Source: Macrostomum lignano (Eukaryota). Taken from it: a DNA stretch of 64,000 bases. Position numbers and translations under genes: made by a program. Numbering within the stretch: the stretch's first letter is position 1; each line of letters opens with the position of its first letter. A model generated the notes under the pieces. It was given only the letters and a program-made list of their open reading frames with translations. It had not been told where the DNA came from and searched no databases. Location: positions 124,001-188,000 of the forward strand of contig NIVC01002124.1 of assembly GCA_002269645.1 (NCBI GenBank), written 5' to 3'. Positions 12,501 to 24,425 of this stretch are shown here, one piece after another.

Positions 12501-14916
12501 TATTGAATTCATTCCTTCGAGTTATTCTGATTATTTTTATCAGACAAGATTCCTAAAAAATAGCATCCTGCTTGATTGTTAGAACTCAAAACCAATTTGT
12601 TATGCATGGTTGAAGCTTTCAACTAATATAGGATTTCATCTCCCGCAGCAATTCGAAAGTTGGCTTCTGTAATAAAGGCAAAATTGAATTCAAAATAAGC
12701 CAATATACTCTACCCACGCAGTAAACTACTAGAGAAGGTAATTCACAGTTCCCAGTGCCGTTAACTGGTAGCATAATCTTACAAGGCCGCTATAGAAATT
12801 ATGGAAAGGAATATAAATTTTAAGGAATAACACAGAAAGGAGAAAGGCAGAAAGCAAACTAAGCATTGAGTTTCGTCAAACATTTAGGCCGATCGGAGCA
12901 AACAGGGACTCAGCTGGATGCCAGCCATGTCGGCCAGCAAAAACGGCTCTTGGGGCGATTTACGATTTACAAAGCGCAGGGCAGCAAATTTTCTTTCTAT
13001 AACGGAGGGTGAAAGCGGATAAGAAAGGGCCGAAGGGGAAGACGCACAAAAACAGCTCAGAAGTCGGCTGTGCAACAAGAGAAAGGGAAAAGTTAATTTA
13101 GACACGAATTTAGCCAGAAAAATAAGGACAATCCGTCTTCTACTTGAAATGCCAGAGTTTTCCTGCCGCGCAAGATATTTTTAGCAATTTTTAGTCCTCT
13201 GCGTGATCACACTAGACTAGAGGCTGCTGTTTGCGTGCGCACGGGAAGAATCTCCCAGAGTTGAGTGAAGAGTGTGAAGACTCAAGAGGAAAAAATACGT
13301 GTCGTTCGAAAAAGAAGCTAGAAATTTTTCTAATCTTAAAACCTTATTTTCCCGTATGGTTCGAGTGTATCGCAACTCGGCGAGCCGAACTTTCAATATT
13401 CCAAATAGGTAGAAAATCTCTTCACTCACTCAATATTCGGTCCTCAGTACTGGAGCAGGAGAGCAGCTGGCTGAGGAGGATGCGGATTGACTAAAACTAA
13501 CCGACCCACCTCCTCGTCGACTGGCAGCAGATGGTGAGGTAAAGGACATCAGCTCAAGCTATCATCTTCTGGGGCAAGCACAGAGAGCGTACTAAGACCG
13601 TGTCATAGCGTCGCGCCAGAGTTGACTTAGAAATTAAACAACACACAGCTCCCTATCGTCCACTCGTATCCCGGATCCAATCCTGAAAATTCTCAACTAG
13701 CAATCTACCGCGGCAGTCCCACTTCAACTGCGCGATAGAGCATAGCTTAGGAGGCTGGCCAGAGTCAGGGAAGAGCCTCTTTCGCCAACTTCCGTCCGAT
13801 TCGATATTTTTCTTAGTTCTACTGACTAGATTCTCATACAGAAATTCACCCCTATCCCAGCTAGTCCCAACAGGGACTTGAATTGCGGAAGCAAGACCAA
13901 CACGGAAGGAAGATGAAAAATAGAGGCTGGCGAACTGATATTGCAAGAAGGATCCAGTGGGATGACTTTATGGGTAGAAAAGACTTCGGGGACGGATTAG
14001 GGCGATAATTCGTTCTGCTAGCATTACTTTGACTTAGCCGAAATGCTTGGAATCTCCTCTGCTATTGCAAGCTAGTCTAGGAGAAAATAAAATACCATAT
14101 ACCACTCATTTCCCACGTCAGAATTTAAGACGATATATATTCGCCCAAAGCATGGGAAAATGCAGACCTCAAAGAAAACTCTGGCAGTAATATACAAGGT
14201 GCTGCCAATATTTGTCAACTACATGTATTTTACCAGCCGAATTTCCGACGCATCTCGTAATTCACCAAGTGGCTTTTACTGGGAAATTTCTATTCTATTC
14301 TATTAAATTTATTTAACTCACCCACATTGACAAAGGATATAAGCTAGGCGTCAGAATTGTCCCAGAAACTGTTTTGTCGCGCCTCACAAATTTGGCCATT
14401 TAGTTATCTCTAGGTTCGGTCAATATCCTCCTGATATTGTTTTTAGCATCCTTTCAAGCTGTCATTTGTTCTTTGTTTCTGAAAATAGCTGACACTGAAA
14501 AGCGGAAATTAAAACCTTCTACGATTACTTTCCTGTGGGTTTGCTACTAAAATTGCTGCTTTTAACATGCATTTATGAAGTTACCTCTTCTATAAATATC
14601 GCGTTCATTGTACTTGCTAGATATATCATTATTGATTTGCCAAATGTGGAAAAAACTCATCTATCAAGCAATTTAATAGACGGAGTTTTCATTTATGTAA
14701 ACTACTCAAGCGCAATGTGGAATTATCCCACAAAATAGACTTTTAACCCAAACTTTCCATTAATTACGGTGTAGAAGGTGGTTTCAATATCTGACAAAAA
14801 ATAGGTAAACATTCCGAATCTAGCAAGTAGCATTTGCGCACACTCAGAAGTAGCTGATACATTTCTGTTGAATAAAAATTTAGACGTTATAAAGCATTAG
14901 GCTTATCATTAGCTTA

Positions 14917-15675
14917 CGTGTCTCAAAAGTTCCCGGAATTTCTATCGTAGCTCTGCAATGCCTTGCTCAATTTTCACGCTTGTGGATACAAATTAAAGAT
15001 AAAATATCAACGAATGTCATACAAGTCATCTCCAACCGTTAATAAGCTGCATCAAAAAATATGTGTACAGGTGAGAGCTAGTGCTACAAATTGCCACTTT
15101 GTCTTGCAAAAATTACCCAAGAGCTCTCTTCCTTGGAGTTGGAAGTTTTCATTTTGGACTTGTGCTGCTGACGTGTCCAAGGACATGGCAGTGTCTATGG
15201 TCAAACCTGACAATGCGTGGACGCATCTTCGCCAACTGTTGTGAGCTTTAGTCCCTAACTCGTCATGTTTTCATGCACGAGATGCCTCGCTCGGTGTTTA
15301 CTAGTGCCAATGAAAACATGCACTCTCGGCATGCAACTGTCTGGTGACTACGTGGAAAAGCCTTAGGAGAAATTTGACGAGTGATCTTGTTCCCCTCCAT
15401 CTGTTTTCCCTCTGTTTTACTGAACTGCTATCATTGGAGCCGTCACACATTTGTATCTATAGCACGTTGAAAAACAAAGTGGCAATGTGTAACTATAGTA
15501 CTCACATGTACATATACTTTTAATGCAGCTATAACGGTTCGAGATAAATAATAATTCGATTGTATGACTTATTCTTTATTACTATTCTATCTTTAATACA
15601 TCTACAAGCGTGAAATTTGAGCAAGGCATTGCAGAGCTATGATAGAAATTCCGGGAACTTTTGGGACACCCCTAG
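14917..15675. mobile_element. Non-autonomous Tc1/mariner-like element with ~90-bp terminal inverted repeats
   Basis: Left GTGTCTCAAAAGTTCCCGGAATTTCTATCGTAGCTCTGCAATGCC... is the reverse complement of right ...GGCATTGCAGAGCTATGATAGAAATTCCGGGAACTTTTGGGACACCCC. TA lies at both outer ends, and the (CA)GGGTGTCCCAAAAG-type end is typical of mariner. Confidence 0.75.
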
Positions 15676-16689
15676 TAGTCTGTCACTAGACAGGAAAATT
15701 CATTTTTTTGCATGCTCCCAATCAAGAAGACAGTTCATTAAATTCTTCGAAGAGCGAAGAGACGCGTCTACCTAAGAATAGATTTTAGCCTTGTTTTAAT
15801 GATACGGCCCCCTATAGAGGCATAAAATAAATCCACTTATACAGGTTTTTACTCCACTAATAAGCTTTGAAAATTGAGACACAAAAATGGTCATCAATTT
15901 CAGAATTCAAAAGCAAATTACCCAACCCTACATTAGATCAAAGGACTACTGTTTTAAAGGTAGAGCCTGCAATTAGGTAACACTAAAAAGATAGCGAATT
16001 GAACCTATAAAAGAGCATAGGTGCCATTAGGGATTAATTGAGGGCCTTTAGTTAGGGAATAAATTTGCCCAAAATTCGAATTCCATATAAAAGATTGTGA
16101 AATTTCACTTGATAAAATATTCATAGTAACATTCAATAAGGAATTTGGAAGGCTCAATTTGAAAGCGGATCGCAAAAGCCAACAATCTGACACGGCTGCT
16201 GCTTTTAAATACTCGTAATTCTGCACGAAACCTGTCAATCAATCTTTGAACAGGTATTTTGATCCCATTTAAAACTGCTGCTTTTTCAATCAAACTGTTA
16301 TACCAACTCGGTTATAGGTTAAAACTCTGCACTTTTATAGCTACTAAATTAGAATACATAGAGCCTACAGCCAAAAAAGCAATTTAGTGTCTGTAATATT
16401 CGGAAAAGCTCTCCGCTATAGCTCGTACTCGTAAAATCGCTGCACATAAAAGTTGGCGCATCGAGCGGCCATTTAATGTCATTTGTTCTAAAGCAACGGT
16501 GCCTGGCAGATGGCTTTTTTGCTTTGCCTAGTTGGCATAACACAAGCAAATATTTTCAACGCATTTCGTTGGAATACAACTGGACCAAAAGACCATTGAC
16601 GAGGCTGTTTCTGAGTGTAGCCGATAAGGTAGCTGATATTCTAGGAAATCTAACTAACAAAACTACTAACTGCAGCAAGAAGTGTAGCA

Positions 16690-16830
16690 GAAAGCCTATG
16701 ATGATCCTTGTGTGCATTAGCAAAGCTTTTAATAAGCTTCCATGCTTCCATAGAAGACTTTCAAGGACGGGCGGTACGCGTATGGGCTCGGGAAATTTGT
16801 TACAAAATCGTTATTATCCTTGACTTAGCA
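16690..16830 (+). pseudogene. Possible LINE RT fragment
   Basis: ISKAFNKLP..HRRL followed, after a frameshift, by YAYGLGKF resembles 'D.SKAFD.V.H..LL.KL..YG'. Confidence 0.3.
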
Positions 16831-17512
16831 AACGTCATCCATTTTGGGATTTCGATACAATCATAGGCTGATCTTTGACTCTGCAAAAGTAAGAAGTCTC
16901 AGCCATTGATTTTATCTTCATAGTGCCTTTGATTTGTACCTCAAGCCCAAAATTGATACTTCACGAGCGTAGAGCAATACGACGTACAAATTGCCTAATT
17001 AAGACTCGATATCCCCCTCAGTTTTTTCATGTTACACCCAGTGAGACCATGTATGATATTATTAATCAAGACAAGAAAAACGTCAGACTGTACGAAGACC
17101 ACTTCAAAAAGTGGTGTGGTAGACTGTCAGACTAAACGTTGACATTCATTTATGCATGTACGCTCGTACTTATCGACACAGAATGCATCACCGAAGTACA
17201 AGTGCAGGTGCAATCAATTAAAAGCTACAACAAACTTAAATTTTTGGGATTTTTTGTTAATTATGTACAAATGCGCAGTTCAGGAGCTGTGCAGGACATC
17301 GAATAAAAGCTGTGCATTAAAGTGTAACGATTTTACATCTATATACAACAAGTGTTCTGGCAGAATGGTGCAAAGAGACGAGCAGAACGAAACGCAGCTG
17401 CAATAAAAGGAGAAATAATAATCCAAATTGTTTTCTGGTTCACAAGTCTTGATTTATCAATACCCTCGATTCTCAAACATATGCAGTTGATCGGGCAGAA
17501 CCGAGCACAAGT

Positions 17513-18712
17513 TCACACAAAGCCACTGTCCATGCGAGAGTGGCGCGGCGACTCGCAACAGGCGACATTGGCGGACACGGAGTCCTCAAAGCCGCACCGC
17601 AGTGGCTGGGCAGCTTCCGGACCTTTTTCAACTGTGCCCGAAGAACCGTGCTGTTGAAGCCGCTGTCCAATAGAGCAATGACCCTCGGCAGTGCATCGGA
17701 GGCCGCAGGACACTTTGCGATTGTTGACTTTCGGTTGCAGACAATTCATACGGATGTGCAAAAAGCCAAGCAGTTGGATTCGGAAGTTGCGGCACATAAC
17801 AAAATAGATGGCAAAGTTCAAGCCGGAGTCGATACTAATTAATAGCGACTTGATCTCGCCAAGAATGTTTAACCAGTCTGGCATATTCGAGCTCAGTGAC
17901 ATTGACGATGTTAAATTTGCAATGCTGCAGAATAGTTCGTAGAATAAGTGAGGAAATGACAAACCAAAGAAAGTTCCAGACACAAGCAGCAGAGTTTTTG
18001 TCGCTTTTAGATTGCTGTCTACATGAGCTGGCAAATCTGTCCACTGGCGCCGGCGTCGGGTAAGGTGGCTGGTCATCACGCAGGTTAGAGTCATAACTAC
18101 AATAATCGGAATTCCGGTGCTAAGCACTACCTCGATAGAGATGGTTACGTCGAAGATGTACTCTTCATTAACGCTCGTAGTTATTAAGTCCATAGCGATG
18201 GTGAAAGCGGCCGAGAACGCGGTCAAGCCGAACAGAAGGGCAGCCTGCTGGCGATAGTTAAACTCAATAGGAGCAGACAGAGGTCGAACGACTACAGAAT
18301 ACCTAGCCGATGTCATAGCTACAATCCACCAACTGCGAGCTAGATATGAAACTTTCCAGGCTGTGGTGAACCATTTCAGATAGTAGCGGCAGTGCGGATG
18401 ACTGGCTTGATTGGAATGGGTGACCGTGTCAGCCACGAATGCCATAGCGCTGCGAGCGGACAGACACAGGTTCATAAAGACATCGATTGCTACAAGCAGG
18501 CTGAAGCCTTTGGCCTGAGTAGACGACTGGAACACGGCGGCCAGCACTACGCAATTGAGCAGTGCGCTCAGCGAGCACACAGCCAAGCGGATCAGATGAC
18601 TGGCTGACGAACCCAGCAAACAGGTGCTGTTGTCAAATGCTGGTACAGACGGACTAACAATAAGGATGGTGCTTTGGACAGTAGCCAGCTCCATGGAGTA
18701 AGTTGCTGTCAT
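17513..18712 (-). CDS. Intronless class A GPCR, 399 aa, peptide-receptor-like (FMRFamide/Srw-like orphan), nested in DAGL intron 3 on the same strand
   Basis: Seven TM segments with LLVAID (TM2), AMTSARYSVVVRPL (DRY equivalent), KATKTLLLVSGTFFGLSFP (TM6) and DSGLNFAIYFVMCRNFR (TM7/helix 8). Confidence 0.9.
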   Translation of the reverse strand: MTATYSMELATVQSTILIVSPSVPAFDNSTCLLGSSASHLIRLAVCSLSALLNCVVLAAVFQSSTQAKGFSLLVAIDVFMNLCLSARSAMAFVADTVTHSNQASHPHCRYYLKWFTTAWKVSYLARSWWIVAMTSARYSVVVRPLSAPIEFNYRQQAALLFGLTAFSAAFTIAMDLITTSVNEEYIFDVTISIEVVLSTGIPIIVVMTLTCVMTSHLTRRRRQWTDLPAHVDSNLKATKTLLLVSGTFFGLSFPHLFYELFCSIANLTSSMSLSSNMPDWLNILGEIKSLLISIDSGLNFAIYFVMCRNFRIQLLGFLHIRMNCLQPKVNNRKVSCGLRCTAEGHCSIGQRLQQHGSSGTVEKGPEAAQPLRCGFEDSVSANVACCESPRHSRMDSGFV

Positions 18713-19322
18713 GGCTAACTTTCAAGCGAATTAAGATCGATACGCAAGTGTGGAGGAGAAACACGCTTTCAGCCTTTCGTTTTGCTTTTAAATGATGAAG
18801 CCGATTCACCAGGGAGGACAGCCTACCCGATTTCTAGCGCCTGCATTGGCTAGCTGGAGGCCGCAGCCAATCTAAACTAATCGCAAAAAAATTCAATGTC
18901 TTTCTGAAGCCCTATTTTATCCAAAGAAGCATGAAATAATGCCATGCATTTTGCAAGTTTTACTGCAATCTAGCCAATGGGATTTGAATTCTTCATAAAT
19001 CACAGGAAAACAGCAACGTTTCAAGAGAAACCTTTTTAGTTGATTTCGATTTTTTCTTGGAATTTCTCTCCAGTGCTACATGTCATAGTACCTACATCGT
19101 ATTTGCAGCGCTTAATTGAATCAGCCAGCTGCTGAGTGCAAATCAGATAGGCTAGTATTTTTGCATGTATTGCATTCTCTCGGGACAGACAGTACTAACA
19201 CTTATACAACCAATACCAAAGAGCGTAAAGCAAAATTCTGAGCCTTATATCACGGAAAGAAGGCGTACGTATATACAAGACTAAAGTCCAAATTATAAGC
19301 GAAGCGTAAAAATAAATAAAGC

Positions 19323-19912
19323 GGCCAAGCCTAAACAGACGTGAAGATCAGGGAGGGTGTAAACGAACCAAGCCTGAATAGGCGTGAGGATCAGGAGGGT
19401 ATAAAGGGGCCAAGCCTGAAGAGACGTGAGGATCAGGGAGGGTATAAAGGGGCCAAGCCTGAAGAGACGTGAGGATCAGGAGGGTATAAAGGGGCCAAGC
19501 CTGAAGAGACGTGAGGATCAGGAGGGTATAAAGGGGCCAAGCCTGATGAGACGTGAGGATCAGGGAGGGTATAAAGGGGTCAAGCCTGAATAGACGTGAA
19601 GATCAGGGAGGGTGTAAACGAGCCAAGCCAAGCCTGAATAGACGTGAGGATCAGGAGGGTATAAAGGGGCCAAGCCTGAATAGACGTGAAGATCAGGGAG
19701 GGTGCAAACGAATCAAGCCAAGCCTGAAGAGACGTGAGGATCAGGGAGGGTATAAAGGGGCCAAGCCTGATGAGACGTGAGGATCAGGGAGGGTATAAAG
19801 GGGCCAAGCCTGAATAGACGTGAAGATCAGGGAGGGTGTAAACGAGCCAAGCCAAGCCTGAAGAGACGTGAGGACCAGGAGGGTATAAAGGGGTCAAGCC
19901 TGAAGAGGGGAT
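19323..19912. repeat. ~42-48-bp minisatellite in DAGL intron 3
   Basis: Unit ggccaagcctgaagagacgtgaggatcaggagggtataaagg with variant units. Confidence 0.95.
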
Positions 19913-19975
19913 CAGAGAGGGTAGTCTCTGTGTAAATCAATATTAACAGCAACGCAGTCCAAGTTCAGTACTCAC

Positions 19976-20436
19976 GCGCAATGCGGCCCCATAGTACAGC
20001 AGCACAGACAGGGGTTGTTGAAGACCTCCAGTGGCCAACCGTAGCACGCATTAGCGTACTTCACATAGTACTGCAGTTGTTCCAGGCTGCACCAGTCGGC
20101 TTCGCTGTCGGGCGGCACAGCCGGCGGCGCAGTCACAATAATGTCCAAGTGGCGTCTATTAAGCAGCAAAACTCCCAACGCTAAGTCGCTAGGCGTCAGA
20201 TCGTATTCGTGAAAATAGGCTAAGAGAATTCTGTGTACATTTTCAAATGCGTGCCGAGTGGTCTCGTCGTACCGGGTGCAGCAAAGGAACGAGACGAGGC
20301 GCGACCAGAAGTCCGGCGACAGGAAGCTAAAGCTGCAGGTGCCGCCGGAGTCGTTGGGCTCAGTGAATGAGAAGCATGGCCCGAGAGTCATGAAGAATGC
20401 GGCCGATAAAGATAGGCAAGCAACGGCGAAGCCCAC
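19976..20436 (-). CDS. DAGL: Diacylglycerol lipase coding exon 3
   Basis: FWSRLVSFLCC...AFENV...YDLTPSDLALGVLLL...YANACYGWP are DAGL hallmarks. Acceptor CTCTCAG at 20437 (phase 0); donor GTGAGT at 19975 (phase 2). Confidence 0.92.
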
Positions 20437-20530
20437 CTGAGAGTTAAAAAAAAGTTTAGATAAATTATTTCCAACTTTTATTTAAACTTATTTTCAAAGC
20501 TATTACTTTAAATTACAAAAATAATGCTCT

Positions 20531-20820
20531 ACCAGATCCACATACAGATCCCAGTACAGTTTCTTGAATCCCAAATTGCAGATCCCAGTCCAGTCTCTTG
20601 AGTCCCCAATTACAGATCCCAGTCCAGTCTCTTAAATTCCCAATTAGAGATCCCAGTCTCTTGTATCCCCAATTATAGATCCCAGTCTCTTGTACCCCCA
20701 ATTACAGATCCCAGTCCAGTCTCTTGTACCCTTAATTACAGATCCCAGTCCAGTCTCTTAAATTCCCAATTAGAGATCCCAGTCCAGTCTCTTAAATCCC
20801 CTATTACAGTTCCCAGCCCC
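20531..20820. repeat. ~30-34-bp minisatellite (acagatcccagtccagtctctt...) in DAGL intron 2
   Basis: Direct inspection. Confidence 0.9.
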
Positions 20821-21130
20821 AGTTTCTAATTTCCCAAATCAAGTGGTATTTAGTTTTTTTGGTATAAAAAAAATTAAGCATCAGTTCATAACTAATTATC
20901 TGAAATCATATATATTTTTTATCATATAGTTTCCAATACATAAATAAGCAAGACATTTCATCGGTAATTTCATCCTGACATAAATAAAAGAACAAAGAGA
21001 TTTTTTCGCAATCCAGAAACCAGTGTAGCTGTGTAAAGAGCATCTGTATGGGACACTTGCTATCCTGCCTAAGACCCAGACCCTAGATCTCCGCTACAAA
21101 TATGTTTATAGCCATAAATCCCAGCCTTAC

Positions 21131-21455
21131 CAGACACACGCAGCGCGCAATGATGACAGTCTGCAGACTGCAGTCGTACGGCTTAAATGCCAGATAGAAA
21201 CCGTAGCCATACAATAGCAGGCTGATTGGCAAGTTAAATAGCAAGTGAAACCACAGCAATATTGGTACGTAGCGTCGTTTCCGTTCCTGCCGTATCGTGC
21301 CCCGGCCAGACTGCCAAGCTAGCAGGCAGGCGTGCAGAAACTTTAACGAAGTGAGCGCAATAGCCAAAGCGTAGAATGCGCGCAGTTGATCGCCGCCAAC
21401 GCAGGCAAACGCCCATTGATCGTGCGACGCTAGAAATACTACTAGCATCATCAGC
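21131..21455 (-). CDS. DAGL: Diacylglycerol lipase coding exon 2 (N-terminal TM helices)
   Basis: SGRGTIRQERKRRYVPILLW matches DAGL 'SMRGTI...PR..M..LLY'. Acceptor CCACAG at 21456 (phase 2); donor GTAAGG at 21130 (phase 0). Confidence 0.88.
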
Positions 21456-21544
21456 CTGTGGAGACAAGTAGAGCATTACTTTCATTTTAAAAAACTGGAA
21501 AAAATACTTGAAATGCTACTAAAAGTAGACAAAAGGAGGCTTAC

Positions 21545-21639
21545 CAGAAGAACTCAATAACCGACGATAGTAAAAAAGGAAAAAGGAAGTCATCTGAACT
21601 GACGCGCCACTTCCGTCCAGCAAAGTGCATGTAAGGCAT
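21545..21639 (-). CDS. DAGL: Diacylglycerol lipase coding exon 1
   Basis: MPYMHFAGRKWRVSSDDFLFP matches the DAGL N-terminus 'MPG...F.RRW.VGSDD...P'. Donor GTAAGC at 21544. Confidence 0.9.
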
Positions 21640-24117
21640 GATTGGCTTTTGATTCTAGTTGATTACAAGCCGCTTGTACTAATTGACACAGATTAGCATA
21701 TTGAAAACTGGTCAAGTCAAAGTTGGGCAGAAATATGTATGTTCTTTGATGAGAACTCCATATATATACAAAATTCTAGGTCTGGCAGCATCTTAGTATA
21801 TAAATTCTATAGGCCTGAGCCAGATGCTACTGATAAATGTATTATATATATTATTTCAGACTTGGGAATTGCTAAGATGTGGTAACGCTGCCAGAAAAAG
21901 TTTAGCCTAAAGCATTAAATAATAAATTTGGATTAAAAATTGAAAATTTACAAAGTTTTCAATCCAGATCAGAGTTGCATTGAACTATATACACAGGTCT
22001 ATATATATTGCTAATGAAGTGTTTTGATCACATGCTAGAGAAATACATAATACCATAACTTGCAGTTGTGGCACTCCTTTAGTACCTTTAAAAGGGGTGC
22101 TGATTGAAAAGGCCTTGGTACCTGTTGGTTTATTGGTTTAGTTGTAAATAGAAACCAAAGTAGGAGAAACCAACTGATATTAACTATAAACCAACTCAAA
22201 ATAGAGACTTTAAATTATATATATATATTAATAGTAATGGGCAAAGTACTAGCACTTTTGGCACTTTTAGTACTGGAAGGTACTATTTTTCAAAGTGGCA
22301 ATTTTTTCATTTCTTTTTTTAGACTGCTGGTCTTAGGTAACAGAAGTTACTTTTTGATAAGTCTGGTACCTTTAGTACTTGAAAATGAAAATTTAGGTGC
22401 CAAACTACCTATTTAGCACTTTATATTTCCTAAAAGCATAAACTTTCACCAAAATGCAATTATACAATGGTAAAAAGATTATAGGTTTTTTACTTTTTAT
22501 GTTAAACTACATTAAATGGCATTCAATTAAATTTTCTATGAGGATTGACCTCACAGAAATGAGGATTCTATGAGGAAGTATTCTCCTTTTGTGCTTTTGC
22601 GAATAAATTGCTTTGTTCAACCCAAATAGTGTAGAAACAAAAAACATTAAAAAAATTAACATCCTTATTTTACAACTCATTGCAAGTTTTCTAACAAGGA
22701 TCAATAGCAGTGCATCAAGACACTATACCTGTGATTGGTAGAAAAATTTTTGAAAGCCAATTTCTTTATTTTGATATTTTTGCAAGATAAGTCTATGTAC
22801 TCTAGGAGTGTTTTATGACTATTAACTCTTTTGAGACCAATTATATTTTTATTGTAGTATAAAGGCACAAATCAAAATATTTAATGTTTTGTACATTGGT
22901 CCATCTCATACATGCGCAACTTCCAAAATTAAGTTAAAACTTAATTTAAAACTTAGTTTAAACAATAAATGTGACATAGTTTTTGGCCAAAAATGCGACT
23001 TACATATAAAAGAAATCCTAAAGCAAAATTAATGCAAATTTCGATAAATAAGAGGAATAACTATGACTGTTTTATTAAGGCAAAATGGCTCATTATCTAC
23101 TTAGTACTATTAATTTGGATGGGCATTTTTGCAACTTACCTTGGTTAACCGCCAAATTTGTCAGCCAGATTGGCCAACTTGCTTGACTGTTGCGCATGTA
23201 TGGTCTATCTATCAAATTGTAGCCATTTATTGTCCTAGTATCCTTTTTTAATTGTTAAATGGTATTTCCAAGGCTGCCAAAAGATTATCATTTATTCTAA
23301 ATAGTTATCTAAATCTAAATAAGTATGTTAGCAGTATAAAAGTGCACCATATACTGTAAAAATATAGCTGCTAAAAAACTATAACATAAGTACTAATAAA
23401 GAGAATGACCCACACAAACTAAAAGTTGACTAAAGTATTGTACTCATTATGAGATAGTTATTGCCAAGAATTACCTTTATACATACTTCTAATGATTCAA
23501 AATTAATATTTTGAAAATCAGCCTCCAATTTTTATCCACAAATCATAAGTATAGTGCCTTAATATATTGCTAATCTTTGTTTTCTATTTTTTGTTTATTC
23601 ACTCAAATTTTGGTTGCAATAATAATAATTATATTGCATTTTTATTTAAGGACTAATTGTACAGTTAACTATAGACCAAAAATGTTTCTTCTACTTTTCA
23701 CAAAAAACTATTTTGCACTTTTTAATTAGTAGATCATTAAAATTAGAAAGGACTAGTAAATTTCAGGGTTTTTTGTACCAAATTAGTACAAATGCCAATG
23801 CCACTTTAGCATATCCTCTTTTTTTAGTTTTAAGTTATAAACATTGAAAACTTTTACTTTTATTTTATATAAACTGTTAAAACCTGCAGATTTTGAACCC
23901 ACTGAAATATATTCCCTGGAACTTTTTTGGATAGATTCTAAAATCTAAAGCAATACTCAAAATACTTATTAATAGTTAGAATAAATAAATAAAATTTGGA
24001 ATAAATTTGTATTAAATGAAAATTTAAAGCAAGTATTGATCTTATTGATTGGGGTTGCCACAGATTGATAGGTAATATCTGTCTAAAGTATGCACTGACA
24101 AACTCTAGTCTCTGATC

Positions 24118-24425
24118 TTTGCCTATTTCTGTCTCTCAGGTCCTTTGAAACTCTTCTATTCTTTCTTCTTTCTCTTCTCCTTTCTCTTATCTTTTCTTTT
24201 CTTTTCCCTCTTATCTCTTCTTTCTTATCCTTCCTCTTTTCACTCTTCTTTTTACTCTTTCCTCTGCTCTCTTATTCTGCCTCTCTTCATTCTTTTATCT
24301 TATCCTTCCTCTCTTTATTATATTCTCTATTCTCTTATCTTTTCCTTTTTCTCTTTATTCTTTTCTCTACTCTCTTATCTTTTTTCTCTGCTATTTTCTC
24401 TTTTCTTTACTCTCTCTATTTAACT
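24118..24425. repeat. CT-rich low-complexity tract
   Basis: Direct inspection; source of the spurious ORF 24145..24423. Confidence 0.85.

Noticed and set aside
13653-13946. 97-aa ORF on the minus strand
   Set aside because: In-frame stops immediately upstream, no recognisable motif and no convincing splice partners; probably decayed TE sequence.
7343-18712. Both nested GPCR ORFs being exactly 399 aa
   Set aside because: The sequences are unrelated at the motif level and tail lengths differ, so the equal length is coincidence.
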